Counted from the first letter of the stretch, positions 18,584 through 28,453 are shown. The stretch: DNA of 64,000 bases from Thainema sp. (GCA_052168235.1 JBQLZK010000006.1:64001-128000), one strand, 5' to 3'. Numbers and translations are program-made. Notes: generated by a model from the letters alone, not told the origin.

Positions 18584-18872
18584 ACTGCTCGAAATACCTC
18601 AAATTCAAAGCGTGACGATTACAGAGGACACGCTATCTGCCGATTTGTCTGATGGGCGTACGATATCTGTTCCACTAGCATGGTATCCACGTCTTCTGCA
18701 TGGTTCCGTGGAAGAACGCAGCCAATGGCGTTTGATTGGCAACGGTGAAGGCATTCACTGGGCAGAACTCGACGAAGATATCAGCATCAAAAACCTTATT
18801 CTTGAACAACTATCAGGAGAAAGTCAAAAATCATTTCAGCGATGGCTAGAAAATCGCGCAGCAATGACTTAA
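18564..18872 (+). CDS. DUF2442 domain protein (putative antitoxin)
   Basis: LSDGRTISVPLAWYPRLLHGSVEER..W.LIGNGEGIHWAELDEDISI motif. Confidence 0.9.
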   Translation: MNSLTIELLEIPQIQSVTITEDTLSADLSDGRTISVPLAWYPRLLHGSVEERSQWRLIGNGEGIHWAELDEDISIKNLILEQLSGESQKSFQRWLENRAAMT

Positions 18873-18914
18873 TCGTGTTTGAGTAAAAGTATCAGAAATC
18901 AGGAAGCTTGATTT

Positions 18915-19241
18915 ATGAGTCTCATTTTGGAACGCGAAACACCACCGCTGCGAGAGGATGAAACCGGAGCTATTCGAGTCGGAACTTCCAGGGTTTTGCT
19001 AGAGACTGTCGTACGAGCATTTCAGGATGGTGCCTCACCTGAATCGATTGTTCATCGGTACTCAACTCTTTCTTTAGCAGATGTATATAACACTATTGGT
19101 TATTATCTGCGACATCAGGATTCTGTCGAAGTGTATTTAAACCAGAGAGAACAGATGGCTGAAGCAGTGCAGCAACGTCTATCTAGTATTCAGCCAGATT
19201 TAACGTCGATTCGTGCTCGTCTACTCTCTCGGCAAAAATAG
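18915..19241 (+). CDS. DUF433 domain protein (putative antitoxin)
   Basis: IRVGTSRVLLETVVRAFQDGASPESIVHRYSTLSLADVY...YY motif. Confidence 0.9.
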   Translation: MSLILERETPPLREDETGAIRVGTSRVLLETVVRAFQDGASPESIVHRYSTLSLADVYNTIGYYLRHQDSVEVYLNQREQMAEAVQQRLSSIQPDLTSIRARLLSRQK

Positions 19242-19251
19242 CAGTAGGGGT

Positions 19252-19602
19252 ATGCTGAAATTGTTGAGCGATGAGAACTTCAATGGTGATATCGTTCGAG
19301 GATTGTTTCTGCGCCAACCTGATCTAGATCTATTGCGAGTTCAAGATGTTGGTTTGCGAAAAATCGATGATCCGGCAATTTTAGCTTGGGCAGCAGACAA
19401 CGAGCGTATTCTTCTGACACATGACCGAGCAACAATGCCAGATTTTGCCTACAACCGTTTGGTTGGAGGGAAGGCAATGGCAGGGATGTTTGTCGTCAAT
19501 GATCGAATGCCAATTCGACAGGCAATAGATGAATTGCTGCTGCTCATCGACTGTAGTGAGCAGGCAGAATGGCAGGGGATTGTACTGTATCTACCGCTAT
19601 AA
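19252..19602 (+). CDS. DUF5615 family PIN-like protein (putative toxin)
   Basis: LLSDENF...VQDVGL...DDPAILAWAADNERILLTHD; follows DUF433; ATG at 19252. Confidence 0.88.
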   Translation: MLKLLSDENFNGDIVRGLFLRQPDLDLLRVQDVGLRKIDDPAILAWAADNERILLTHDRATMPDFAYNRLVGGKAMAGMFVVNDRMPIRQAIDELLLLIDCSEQAEWQGIVLYLPL

Positions 19603-19636
19603 CAGTTCAAGCTCTAAATATGTCTGACCGCAAGCG

Positions 19637-20281
19637 TCATACTTGCTCAAACTGATAGCCAAATTCGGCGATATCCTTGGTGTACCAGTCGCGGACGATT
19701 TCTACTGCTTCGTCGGAGTAGTAGGCGCTGTAGTGCTTGTGCTTGGAGGCGTTGACGTGGGGCAGTTTGGCCTTTGTGCCGATCCGTTGGGCAATTACAT
19801 CAAAATCTTCATTTAGGCGCTCGAAGCGACCGATGAAATCCACATCGATCTGGTCATTTTCATTTACAAGCCAGTCTACCTGGGGCAAAAACATCTTGGG
19901 CTTGTCGTAATACTGCGGATCTTGCTCAACCAGGGTACGCTTGAGCCAATTCTCAAAGCTAACGTTCTCTTCTCCTAAGCCCGTTTGGTTATTGCGCATC
20001 CGGTAATGGTAAAGCGACACAACCCGCCCCCAGGGATTACGGACGATGGTGAACTTAAACGCTTTCTGCCAGCGGTCTTCGCTGATCTCGGTCTTCAGTT
20101 CCTGTACGGTGCGATGGCGTTGGGGGAGACGGATGGCGCGTTCGATGCTGGTGCCACCGTTTTTGTTGATATGAACAAAGATGTAATCGACTGAGGCTGG
20201 ATCAGATTTGAGATGCCAGTAAAACTCGCGGGCCCGATCTTTCAATGCAACCGGAATCAACTGTTTGAGTTGCGCCATCAT
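19637..20281 (-). CDS. Sulfotransferase family 2 protein
   Basis: FVHINKNGGTS and FTIVRNPWGRVVSLY PAPS-binding motifs; DFIGRFERL. Confidence 0.88.
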   Translation of the reverse strand: MMAQLKQLIPVALKDRAREFYWHLKSDPASVDYIFVHINKNGGTSIERAIRLPQRHRTVQELKTEISEDRWQKAFKFTIVRNPWGRVVSLYHYRMRNNQTGLGEENVSFENWLKRTLVEQDPQYYDKPKMFLPQVDWLVNENDQIDVDFIGRFERLNEDFDVIAQRIGTKAKLPHVNASKHKHYSAYYSDEAVEIVRDWYTKDIAEFGYQFEQV

Positions 20282-20384
20282 GAGCGTCCTACGTGAGATG
20301 AGTGAACTGCCAACAGCTTTAGCGTACCCATTTCGGTTTATAAAAACGCGATCGCACGTCCATCACTATCTTTAGACTGAACCG

Positions 20385-20966
20385 TTAGCGTCGCCACTGA
20401 TTGGCACGAATATTGTCCTGAGCAAGGCGGGCCGTTTCTTCGATGCGCTTGGCGCGAGTTGCCGGACGTTTGGCATTGGCAATCCACTCTAGAATGCCGC
20501 GTTTAGCTGAGCGAGGAAACGCGTCAAAATTCTGACGTGCGGCATCGTATGCGGCAAACGCCGCGTCTAGATCATCTGGAATGACCAGTGCTTCAATCTC
20601 ATCCAGTGCCGCCCACGATCCGTCCTGTTTCGCGGCTTCAATTTTGGCCATGCCCGCAGGCGTCATTTGCTCAGCCGCCAGCAGTTTTTCTACCCGCTCT
20701 TTATTCAGCTTTGACCAGCCGCTACCCGGTTTGCGCGGCGCGAGCCACAGCATTGTGCGATCGCAATCTAGCTTACGCGGTAGGCTATCGATCCAGCCGA
20801 AGCAAAGCGCTTCTTCAACCACGTCATCGTAGGACACATATTTCTCGCCACAGTGTTTCTTGAACGTGACCACCCAGAGACCGTCCACGCGATCGCAGTT
20901 TTCCACGAACCAAGCGCGTAGTTCTTGGCGATGCTCGATTTGAATGCGATCGCAGTTGTCATTCAT
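20385..20966 (-). CDS. YdeI/OmpD-associated family protein
   Basis: VEEALCFGWIDS...PRKPGSGWSKLNKER...WIANAKRPATRAKRI motifs. Confidence 0.9.
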   Translation of the reverse strand: MNDNCDRIQIEHRQELRAWFVENCDRVDGLWVVTFKKHCGEKYVSYDDVVEEALCFGWIDSLPRKLDCDRTMLWLAPRKPGSGWSKLNKERVEKLLAAEQMTPAGMAKIEAAKQDGSWAALDEIEALVIPDDLDAAFAAYDAARQNFDAFPRSAKRGILEWIANAKRPATRAKRIEETARLAQDNIRANQWRR

Positions 20967-20971
20967 ACAGG

Positions 20972-21619
20972 TTAACTAGCAAATAAGAACCATAACCACC
21001 AATAGATCCAAGCTATATAGTGGGCGACCACAATGATCCAAAACTCTAATTGATAGGATTTCTTTTTATTCTTGTGTCGAAAGCAGCGCTGAGCGGCAAA
21101 CCCACCAATCCACCCACCTAGAATTTCGTAGGAATGCAAAGTTTTTTCTGCGATGCGATGCTGGTTGGTTTTGGCTCGCCGCTTATCATTTGCATAAGCA
21201 TAAAAGGCTGCAACGCTCATTACGGGGTACAGAACTAGCGGGAGCGGATTAGCTGTCGTAATTAGAAGGATGACTGAACTAACTATTGGAAAAATTGAAA
21301 GTAGAGATACTTCGAGGATTGGGAAAGGAGCTTTCTGTAAGACATAAGCCCCACTGCCTTGATTTGAGCTTTTGTTTGCAGCGGACTCAGTTTGCTTACG
21401 TCGGGCACCTGCGATAAAAGCATTACAAGCTCGCGTTTTGCCATCTTGCGTTGTGACGTAGTAATAAATAGTGTCGCCTTCTTGGGGCCGACGAGTTGCG
21501 TCTTTTAGCTCATAGATATGCAGAAAAATATCTTCGCCGCCATTTTTAGGGCGAATAAATCCAAAGCCTTTTTCGTCTTTCCAGGTGATGAGAATGCCTT
21601 GATTCAGGACAGGTTTCAT
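20972..21619 (-). CDS. Cold-shock domain plus DUF1294 membrane protein
   Basis: WKDEKGFGFI...IFLHI (cold-shock domain) and DKRRAK...RIAEKTLH...GGWIG...FRHK (DUF1294). Confidence 0.9.
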   Translation of the reverse strand: MKPVLNQGILITWKDEKGFGFIRPKNGGEDIFLHIYELKDATRRPQEGDTIYYYVTTQDGKTRACNAFIAGARRKQTESAANKSSNQGSGAYVLQKAPFPILEVSLLSIFPIVSSVILLITTANPLPLVLYPVMSVAAFYAYANDKRRAKTNQHRIAEKTLHSYEILGGWIGGFAAQRCFRHKNKKKSYQLEFWIIVVAHYIAWIYWWLWFLFAS

Positions 21620-21748
21620 AGCGTAGCGGCTGATTAATAGCTCAGATTAGATTGCCCAAATTCAGACAGTACTACAAAATTTGCGTCTCTAACTTGTGCT
21701 GTTAGGAAACTCCCTCTTTGGACGAAGAGAGTTTCTTTCAAGTTATGG

Positions 21749-22981
21749 ATGGGTGGAACGCTGAGAATCGGCACATTGAAAGAACAAGTTCCATCGTTGT
21801 TATTTCCCTATACTGTTTTGTCTGAATCTGCTTTGTCTGAATCTGCGATCGCAAATACTTCTGGCGCTGCCAACCTGCAAAATGTGCCCTATGCGCCAAC
21901 CCTGCCTGCCACACAATCCGCTGTGATGAATACCGCTTATCGGCGGCGTCTCTGGATGCCAGAGCAGGTGCTATTTACCCCGGCGGCACTGGATGAGGCT
22001 TGGGGACAGCAAATCTTACAACGCGTGGAAGCACTTGGCTTACCTGTGCAGAAGCTGAAGCAGAATCGAATCACGGGTTTGCGCGGTGAAACAGAGCGTG
22101 AAACATACGCGATCGCAAAACGAACGCTGGCGGTTGTCACTGCACCTGCTAGCCAGCTCAAGCTCAGTCCCATTCCGCCCTCTGCCGATTGGCAGTTTCA
22201 TCTGGCTCAGGGCTGTCCGGCTCACTGTCAGTACTGCTATTTAGCAGGCAGCTTGCAGGGGCCGCCTGTAATCCGGGTCTATGCCAACCTGCCGCAGGTT
22301 TTGGAGAACCTAAAGGATTACGAAGATCCCGAAAAGCCAATCACGACTTACGAAGTGAGCTGCTACACCGATCCGCTGGGCATTGAGCATCTGACGGGCA
22401 GTTTGGCGGAATGCATTCGCTATTTTGGCACCCGCGATCTCGCCCGATTACGCTGGGTTTCCAAGTTCGATGCGATAGATGATCTGGTCAATCTCGACCA
22501 TAACGGCCACACCCGCTGTCGGTTTAGCATTAATGCCCTACCGATTTCCCGCACGTTGGAAGGCGGAACCGCTTCAATTGCCGAACGGCTGCAAGCGATT
22601 CGTAAATTGGCATTACCTACGGAACAAGGTGGTGGCGGTTATCCTGTCGGCTTTGTGATTGCGCCGATTATGCCGATTGAAAACTGGCAAGACGAATATG
22701 ACCAGCTTCTGGACATGGCCGCTGATGCACTCGATTTTGACTGCGACCTGACCTTTGAGCTGATCTCCCATCGCTTTACCCCCGGTTCAAAAGGCGTTTT
22801 GCAGGAGTGGTACCCCAACAGCAAGCTGGATTTAGACGAATCCACCCGCACCGTCAAGCGCAACAAATTCGGCGGCACCAAGTACGTCTACGACAAAGAC
22901 ACGATGAAAGATTTACGGTCGTTCTTTGAAACCGCGATCGCAAATCGTTTTCCCAAAGCCGAGATTTTGTACTGGACGTAG
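21749..22981 (+). CDS. Spore photoproduct lyase family radical SAM protein
   Basis: GCPAHCQYCYL (CxxxCxxC), YEVSCYTDPLGIEHLTGSL and ELISHRFT, all SplB-like. The true start may be further downstream. Confidence 0.88.
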   Translation: MGGTLRIGTLKEQVPSLLFPYTVLSESALSESAIANTSGAANLQNVPYAPTLPATQSAVMNTAYRRRLWMPEQVLFTPAALDEAWGQQILQRVEALGLPVQKLKQNRITGLRGETERETYAIAKRTLAVVTAPASQLKLSPIPPSADWQFHLAQGCPAHCQYCYLAGSLQGPPVIRVYANLPQVLENLKDYEDPEKPITTYEVSCYTDPLGIEHLTGSLAECIRYFGTRDLARLRWVSKFDAIDDLVNLDHNGHTRCRFSINALPISRTLEGGTASIAERLQAIRKLALPTEQGGGGYPVGFVIAPIMPIENWQDEYDQLLDMAADALDFDCDLTFELISHRFTPGSKGVLQEWYPNSKLDLDESTRTVKRNKFGGTKYVYDKDTMKDLRSFFETAIANRFPKAEILYWT

Positions 22982-23128
22982 AGAAGTGAGGCGAGAGGAG
23001 TGAGAAGTGAAGGCTGTAAAGGGCTGTAGAGGCTGTAAAGGATTTAAGTTTCGGATCAGTTTGGAATGGTTAATTCACCCTGTCACCCCATCACCCATCC
23101 ACCCTGTTACCCATCTACTCATCCACCC
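22982..23128. repeat. STRR-like short tandem repeats
   Basis: GAGAAGTGAG/GGAGTGA heptamer-like units, three GGCTGTARAG units and CACCCATC units. Confidence 0.7.
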
Positions 23129-23133
23129 AAAAT

Positions 23134-24093
23134 ATGATTTCCACCATTTCCTCCCAAACACCCATCATTCAAACTCCTCCGTTCAATGAGGCCGCAATCC
23201 AGCCTCAACTCGGCTTGGTCTGCATTACCACGTCTCCGGATGTGCGGTTCAAGACCTTGACCCGTAAGCGGCTGTTGGCGATGAGTCCGGCCCAGCAGGT
23301 GGAGGCGCTGACGGTGCTGTATGACGAGAATCTGAGGCGTCTGCGGGGAGCGGTTGACTTTTGCGATCGCAACCAGATCCATCTGTATCGGATGATTTCC
23401 AATCTGTTTCCCTTCGCGGATACGGAAGTCGGTCAGCCTGTACTGGAATCACGTCAGGATCAGCTCCGAGAAATTGGCGAGCAGGCGCAGGCGCTGGAAA
23501 TTCGGTTGGTGCTGCATCCCGATCAGTTTGTGGTGTTGAACTCTGATAAGCCTACGGTGATTCAGAACAGCGTCAAAATTTTGAGTACTCACGCGCAGGT
23601 GTTTGACCGGATGGGACTGCCGCAAACGCCTTGGGCTGCGATTAATATTCATGGCGGCAAAGGCGATCGGGCCGAGCGGCTGATTGCGTCCATTCATGAG
23701 TTACCGGACTCAGTTCGCTCTCGGCTGACGCTGGAAAATGACGAGTACACCTACAGTGCAACTGCGATCGCGCAAATTTGTCAGGCGGCTGGCGTGTCGA
23801 TGGTGTTTGACGCTCACCATCACCTGGTACATGAGCAGCTTGATAGCTACGACGATGCCAGTGTAGGACAGGCTTTGGCATTAGCGCGTGACACCTGGCC
23901 TGATCCGGCTTGGCAACTGGTGCATATTTCGAACGGACGCGATTCACTCCACGACCCACGCCACAGTGATCTAATTTGGGATATGCCGCAATCGTTTCAG
24001 TTTGTGCCTTGGATTGAGGTAGAAGCAAAACAAAAGGAATTGGCAATTGAGCACCTGCGGCAGAATTGGCAACCTGCTCAGAACGCATCCTGA
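23134..24093 (+). CDS. uvsE: UV DNA damage endonuclease UvsE
   Basis: LGLVC, YRMISNLFP, HPDQFVVLNS, LTLENDE, VFDAHHH, HSD and IEVEAKQKELAI motifs. Confidence 0.92.
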   Translation: MISTISSQTPIIQTPPFNEAAIQPQLGLVCITTSPDVRFKTLTRKRLLAMSPAQQVEALTVLYDENLRRLRGAVDFCDRNQIHLYRMISNLFPFADTEVGQPVLESRQDQLREIGEQAQALEIRLVLHPDQFVVLNSDKPTVIQNSVKILSTHAQVFDRMGLPQTPWAAINIHGGKGDRAERLIASIHELPDSVRSRLTLENDEYTYSATAIAQICQAAGVSMVFDAHHHLVHEQLDSYDDASVGQALALARDTWPDPAWQLVHISNGRDSLHDPRHSDLIWDMPQSFQFVPWIEVEAKQKELAIEHLRQNWQPAQNAS

Positions 24094-24163
24094 GTTTGCG
24101 CTCTGGGAAATCCTTTACAGCCCTTTTAGGTTCTTACCCTCTCACTCGGGGTTGCTGATTTTA

Positions 24164-24210
24164 AATATGAATTGTGATGTGGGGGAACCACCTCCACATC
24201 ACAATCCATA
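24164..24210. terminator. Hairpin between convergent uvsE and glycosyltransferase genes
   Basis: ATATGAATTGTGATGTGGGGG / CCTCCACATCACAATCCATAT imperfect inverted repeat with two mismatches. Confidence 0.55.
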
Positions 24211-24285
24211 TCTAGATTAAACAACGCCCTCATTCCTCTCACCTCACTTCTTCGAGTGCTAAAAGCGATTGGTCGCTGATCAACA

Positions 24286-25431
24286 TCAAGTTTGAGTTAG
24301 AGACAATTGTGGGCGGTCAAGCAGTTGATAATACATAGCCTCGACTTGGCGAATGTTGTCGCTTAGGGTGTACCGCTCCAAGACGCGCTGACGGGCTTTC
24401 TGGCCCAGCAGAGTCGTAATTTCAGGATGATCTTGCAGAACTGGAAATAGGGTATGGAGCTGAGACGTGACTCGCTGCGGATTCAGGATGATGCCTGCGC
24501 CATCTTCCAGCACTTCACCATCGGCTCCGACATCGGTCGCCAGACAGGCCGCTCCACAGGACATCGCTTCTAGTAACGAGAGGGATAGCCCTTCTACAAG
24601 TGACGGCAAAATAAACACATCTGCCGCCTGCAAAATCTCAATCCGCCGCTGTTCGTCGGCCACAAACCCCAGCCACACGATGCCATCTTCCGCACCATAG
24701 AGGGACATTAAAGAAGCGGCGAGAATGCCGTTGCCAACAATCACGAGTTTGCTGCCAGGACGCATCTCCGCCTGTCGCCAAGCCTTCAGCATCGCTTCCA
24801 CATTTTTTTCGGGTGCCAAGCGTCCCTGGTAAACAAAAACGCGATCGGCATTGAGTTCGTGTTTGAGCGTAGAAGGGCCGGGCATATACTTCATTGGCTC
24901 CACGCCATTGGGAATCACCGCTACTTTCTCGATGGGGACTCCCAGTCGCACCAGCAGGTCTTGCTGAATTTTGGAAAACACAATTACGCGCTGATAGCGA
25001 GCCAAGAAGGGCGCATACACCTGATATGTCAGGTGCTGCGTCCCTGACGTCAGATTGCGGCGCTTGTGATCAAACGGCGGATGAAAGGTTGCGACCAGAG
25101 GAATATTGAGTTCCTCACAGATTTCTGGCAGCAGAAAGTCCAGCGGAGAGAGCGTTAAGGAGGCGTGAACCAGATCCGGCTTTAGGTTTTTGAGAGACTG
25201 GGCTAAAACCTTACTGGATTTTAGGGATGGAATGGTATAAATCTGCGACTTGTAGAGAAATGGGATGGATACCTCATTGAACTCAGAATGCGACTGGGAA
25301 TTATCGCTTTCCTGGGCAAAATGAAGAAAACTAACTTGATGTCCGCGTTCTAGCAAAGCATTGGTTATCTCTCGACCGTAGGTAACATTGCCGCAAAACG
25401 GGGATTTTTTACCGAGCCATGCAATGTGCAT
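24286..25431 (-). CDS. dgdA: Glycosyltransferase family 4, digalactosyldiacylglycerol synthase-like
   Basis: MHIAWLGKKSPFCGNVTYGREI N-terminus and EGLSLSLLEAM GT4 motif; recalled conserved cyanobacterial order deoC-recO-MFS-dgdA. Confidence 0.75.
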   Translation of the reverse strand: MHIAWLGKKSPFCGNVTYGREITNALLERGHQVSFLHFAQESDNSQSHSEFNEVSIPFLYKSQIYTIPSLKSSKVLAQSLKNLKPDLVHASLTLSPLDFLLPEICEELNIPLVATFHPPFDHKRRNLTSGTQHLTYQVYAPFLARYQRVIVFSKIQQDLLVRLGVPIEKVAVIPNGVEPMKYMPGPSTLKHELNADRVFVYQGRLAPEKNVEAMLKAWRQAEMRPGSKLVIVGNGILAASLMSLYGAEDGIVWLGFVADEQRRIEILQAADVFILPSLVEGLSLSLLEAMSCGAACLATDVGADGEVLEDGAGIILNPQRVTSQLHTLFPVLQDHPEITTLLGQKARQRVLERYTLSDNIRQVEAMYYQLLDRPQLSLTQT

Positions 25432-25582
25432 TCAGGGATCACTGTAGGATTGCTAAATATATTAGAGGAGGAACGACTCCTGCAAAAGGGATTAGTCGCG
25501 GCCCGCGGCCCACTCAAAACCGGGGAAACGTTTGTCCAAAGCGCTTCCCGGCATTTAATTTGAGTTTTTTATGACGACTCAC

Positions 25583-27292
25583 TTACGAGGTAGAAGTCCT
25601 TGTATCGGAAATATACCAAGTTAGCAGTCCGCCTGTGAGCACGATGGTGGCTAATCCCAGCAAAACGGGTTCTAATCCCCAAAGGGTTTCGGCTACACCT
25701 GCCAGCGCTAACGGCAGACTCAGCGCGATATTCACGGCATTATTTTGCAGGCCAAAGATTTTACCCCGCATTGCTTCCGGCGTTTCTTCCTGAATGGTGG
25801 TCTGCATGGGAATGCCAATAATGGCGGCGAAGGTGCCCAGGATGCCAATCAGAATTAGTGCAGGCCAGAGTCGTTCAGTGTAGTAGGCCAATCCACTTAA
25901 TGATGCAGCCATGCCAATCGAACCGTAGAGGCTGAGCTGCGATCGCGAAAATTTCTGGCCGAACTGGCCAATAACACCTGCACCTACGGCCATACCTGCG
26001 CCCGCAGCGGCCAGCAGGAAACCAAATTGAGACGAGCTGATTTCCGGTATCACTTCCGCTAAGCGCACCGCCAGTACAGCCAATGCCGCAAACACGGAGA
26101 ACAGCAAAACGAGCTGAATAATCGCGTTACGCACCAGGGGTTGCTTGCCGAGATAGCGCAAGCCATCGCGAATATCGGCCCAAACGTGGGGTTGCTCTTG
26201 ATCGCGGTGTTGAGCCTTCTCGCCTGTGTTGATAATAACTAAGATTAAACCTGCGATCGCATAGCTGCCGCCCACCAGTAGTTCTTTACCAATGCCGCTA
26301 CCGCCATCCAGCTTATCCAGCCACAGATCGGCCACTTCTAACAGCGGTTCGCCAATGGCAAAGCCGATGATCACCGACGCCATCATTGTCGTCGTGTAGA
26401 GCGAATTGGCCGAGAGTAAATTTTGGCGCTTGACGATCAGGGGAATGGCCGACTGCTCAGCGGGGGCAAAAAACTGGGTCAGGGTGGATACCAGGAACGT
26501 AATCACCAGCATCAGGCAAAAACCGATGGGCAAACCTGCGATCGCACCCCAGTCCTGGGACAGCCACAGCAGGAACGGCAGTGCCAGCACGAGTACGCCT
26601 CGCACTAAGTTGGTGGCTACGAGTACCCCTTTCTTAGGCCAGCGGTCAACGTACACCCCCGCAATGGAGCCAAACAGCACGGCTGGAATCGTAAACGCAA
26701 TCATAATCGCCGAAACCCAACCGCTAATCGTCTGGTCAGCGGCCTGGAATCGAGTGGAAATCAGCGCAATCATCAGCACCAGGTAAACCTTATCGGCTAA
26801 TTGCGAGAAAACCTGGCCGCTCCAAAGGGCTAAAAAATTGCGATTTTTTAAGACAGCCAGAAAGCCACTGGATTCCGTTAAGTTGGTTACAACGTCCGAA
26901 GCCGGTTCTGTCGGGGGGGCTGAAGGGTGATGGCCGTTGCCGTCGTCTCTATTCTGAGCGACAGCTGGCTGCTGTTTTTTATGGGTAGGTTGAACCTCTG
27001 CAGTCGCTTTAGATTTGGCAGAAGCTGCCGCTGATACAGTCTTGGAATCTGGCGTGGCTGATTTTGAATGATCGGACTTGCTCGGCGATCGGTTGGGATT
27101 GGTATTTGAACGAGGGGATTGGGGCGGTGATGCAAAACGGCTGGGCGAGGATGGTTTGGTTGTTGAGAACGAATGATCAGAAAAGCGGTCGGATTCGAAG
27201 TCTGGCGACGAATCTAGCTCACCCCGCCGATTGGAGACTGCTCCACGGGTTGAACGGGTCTGTTTAGACTCTGAATCAAACAATTGCATCAC
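25583..27292 (-). CDS. MFS transporter with a long low-complexity N-terminal extension
   Basis: NRNFLALWSGQVFSQLADK, GVYVDRWPKK and multiple TM helices. Confidence 0.88.
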   Translation of the reverse strand: MMQLFDSESKQTRSTRGAVSNRRGELDSSPDFESDRFSDHSFSTTKPSSPSRFASPPQSPRSNTNPNRSPSKSDHSKSATPDSKTVSAAASAKSKATAEVQPTHKKQQPAVAQNRDDGNGHHPSAPPTEPASDVVTNLTESSGFLAVLKNRNFLALWSGQVFSQLADKVYLVLMIALISTRFQAADQTISGWVSAIMIAFTIPAVLFGSIAGVYVDRWPKKGVLVATNLVRGVLVLALPFLLWLSQDWGAIAGLPIGFCLMLVITFLVSTLTQFFAPAEQSAIPLIVKRQNLLSANSLYTTTMMASVIIGFAIGEPLLEVADLWLDKLDGGSGIGKELLVGGSYAIAGLILVIINTGEKAQHRDQEQPHVWADIRDGLRYLGKQPLVRNAIIQLVLLFSVFAALAVLAVRLAEVIPEISSSQFGFLLAAAGAGMAVGAGVIGQFGQKFSRSQLSLYGSIGMAASLSGLAYYTERLWPALILIGILGTFAAIIGIPMQTTIQEETPEAMRGKIFGLQNNAVNIALSLPLALAGVAETLWGLEPVLLGLATIVLTGGLLTWYISDTRTSTS

Positions 27293-27415
27293 CGAAATAT
27301 AATATGCGACAGATGAGTTAATGATTGCCTGCCAGCATGACCTGTAGACAGCGCCATGACTGACAATACTTTTTAGAAAATCAAATCATTGAAAGAAATT
27401 TATCCTCTTCCATGA

Positions 27416-28453
27416 TTATGGGGGATTCACGGACTTTGTGACATAGGGTAAGAAACAAGTTTCAACGAGCGCAGCGGAACGAATCGGCTGCTCAAAGTGA
27501 TACTGAGCGTATTTGCGCAAAAGCTGCTCCATTTTGAGCCAGTCTGGGCCACGGCAGCTAAAGCGAGCGCGCAGTTCAGTTGCCACTGCCGCTAAAGAAA
27601 TAGATTCGCTTAGCTCGGTTTGGGCCATTTCCTGCAAGATTTTGAGTTCGCGTGCATTGAGACGATAATCAACGTCGGCGAGCGGCTGAGCGTGATGCTC
27701 AGTTTGATACCGCCCTGCGCCTTCAGCTGCGATCGCAGATGGCATGGCAGATGCTGTAGATCTGGTAACGGCTTGAGTGGCTGGGATGGATGTGCGATCG
27801 CGACTCACAGCTCGACGATTGGTGCGGACAGGACTGCTCATGCCTGCTGCCTGCATTCGCTGATATCGCTCAGCTTCAAGCTGATCCAAGGCAGGCAGAC
27901 TCAGTACGCCGCCCGCCGCCACGCTGAATCCGGCTTGCCAATCTGGGAGATCAAAATCCGGCACAATCGGTTCCTGCGTCATGCAGCAGTCAAAAATCTG
28001 TGGCTCTACCCCAGCCATCAGCAGCAAGTGAAAAACGCCATGTACCAAGTACACCAGGCTGGTTGCTGAAGATGCCTGCTCAATCTGTTGCAAGTACTGC
28101 TGTAGCCGCTCAAATAAGTCTTCTTGAGGCTGATCACTCAGCGCCTGATAGAGCACTAGCTCAGCCAAGTACTGGCTAACCGTCAGCTTGCACAAGTCCT
28201 GACTCAGCCCCGGATAAGAAGTCACCGTTTCAGCCTGGATAATCTTGTCGAGACTTTTACCTTTAACAATTAGAAGCTGATTGACCACAAACAGCCCACT
28301 GCGGGCACTGAGGCGGGAATTGTGCTTGCGCGATCCGGGTGCGATCGCACGCAGCAGCCCGTGTTCTAGTGTCAGTACCGTCAGCAATCGATCATACTCA
28401 CCAAAGGGTATGCTTCTCAGATTGATACCAGTTGCTTTGTATGTTCGACTCAT
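27416..28453 (-). CDS. recO: DNA repair protein RecO
   Basis: MSRTYKATGINL...GEYDRLLTVLT.EHGLLRAIAPGSRK N-terminal OB fold. Confidence 0.92.
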   Translation of the reverse strand: MSRTYKATGINLRSIPFGEYDRLLTVLTLEHGLLRAIAPGSRKHNSRLSARSGLFVVNQLLIVKGKSLDKIIQAETVTSYPGLSQDLCKLTVSQYLAELVLYQALSDQPQEDLFERLQQYLQQIEQASSATSLVYLVHGVFHLLLMAGVEPQIFDCCMTQEPIVPDFDLPDWQAGFSVAAGGVLSLPALDQLEAERYQRMQAAGMSSPVRTNRRAVSRDRTSIPATQAVTRSTASAMPSAIAAEGAGRYQTEHHAQPLADVDYRLNARELKILQEMAQTELSESISLAAVATELRARFSCRGPDWLKMEQLLRKYAQYHFEQPIRSAALVETCFLPYVTKSVNPP

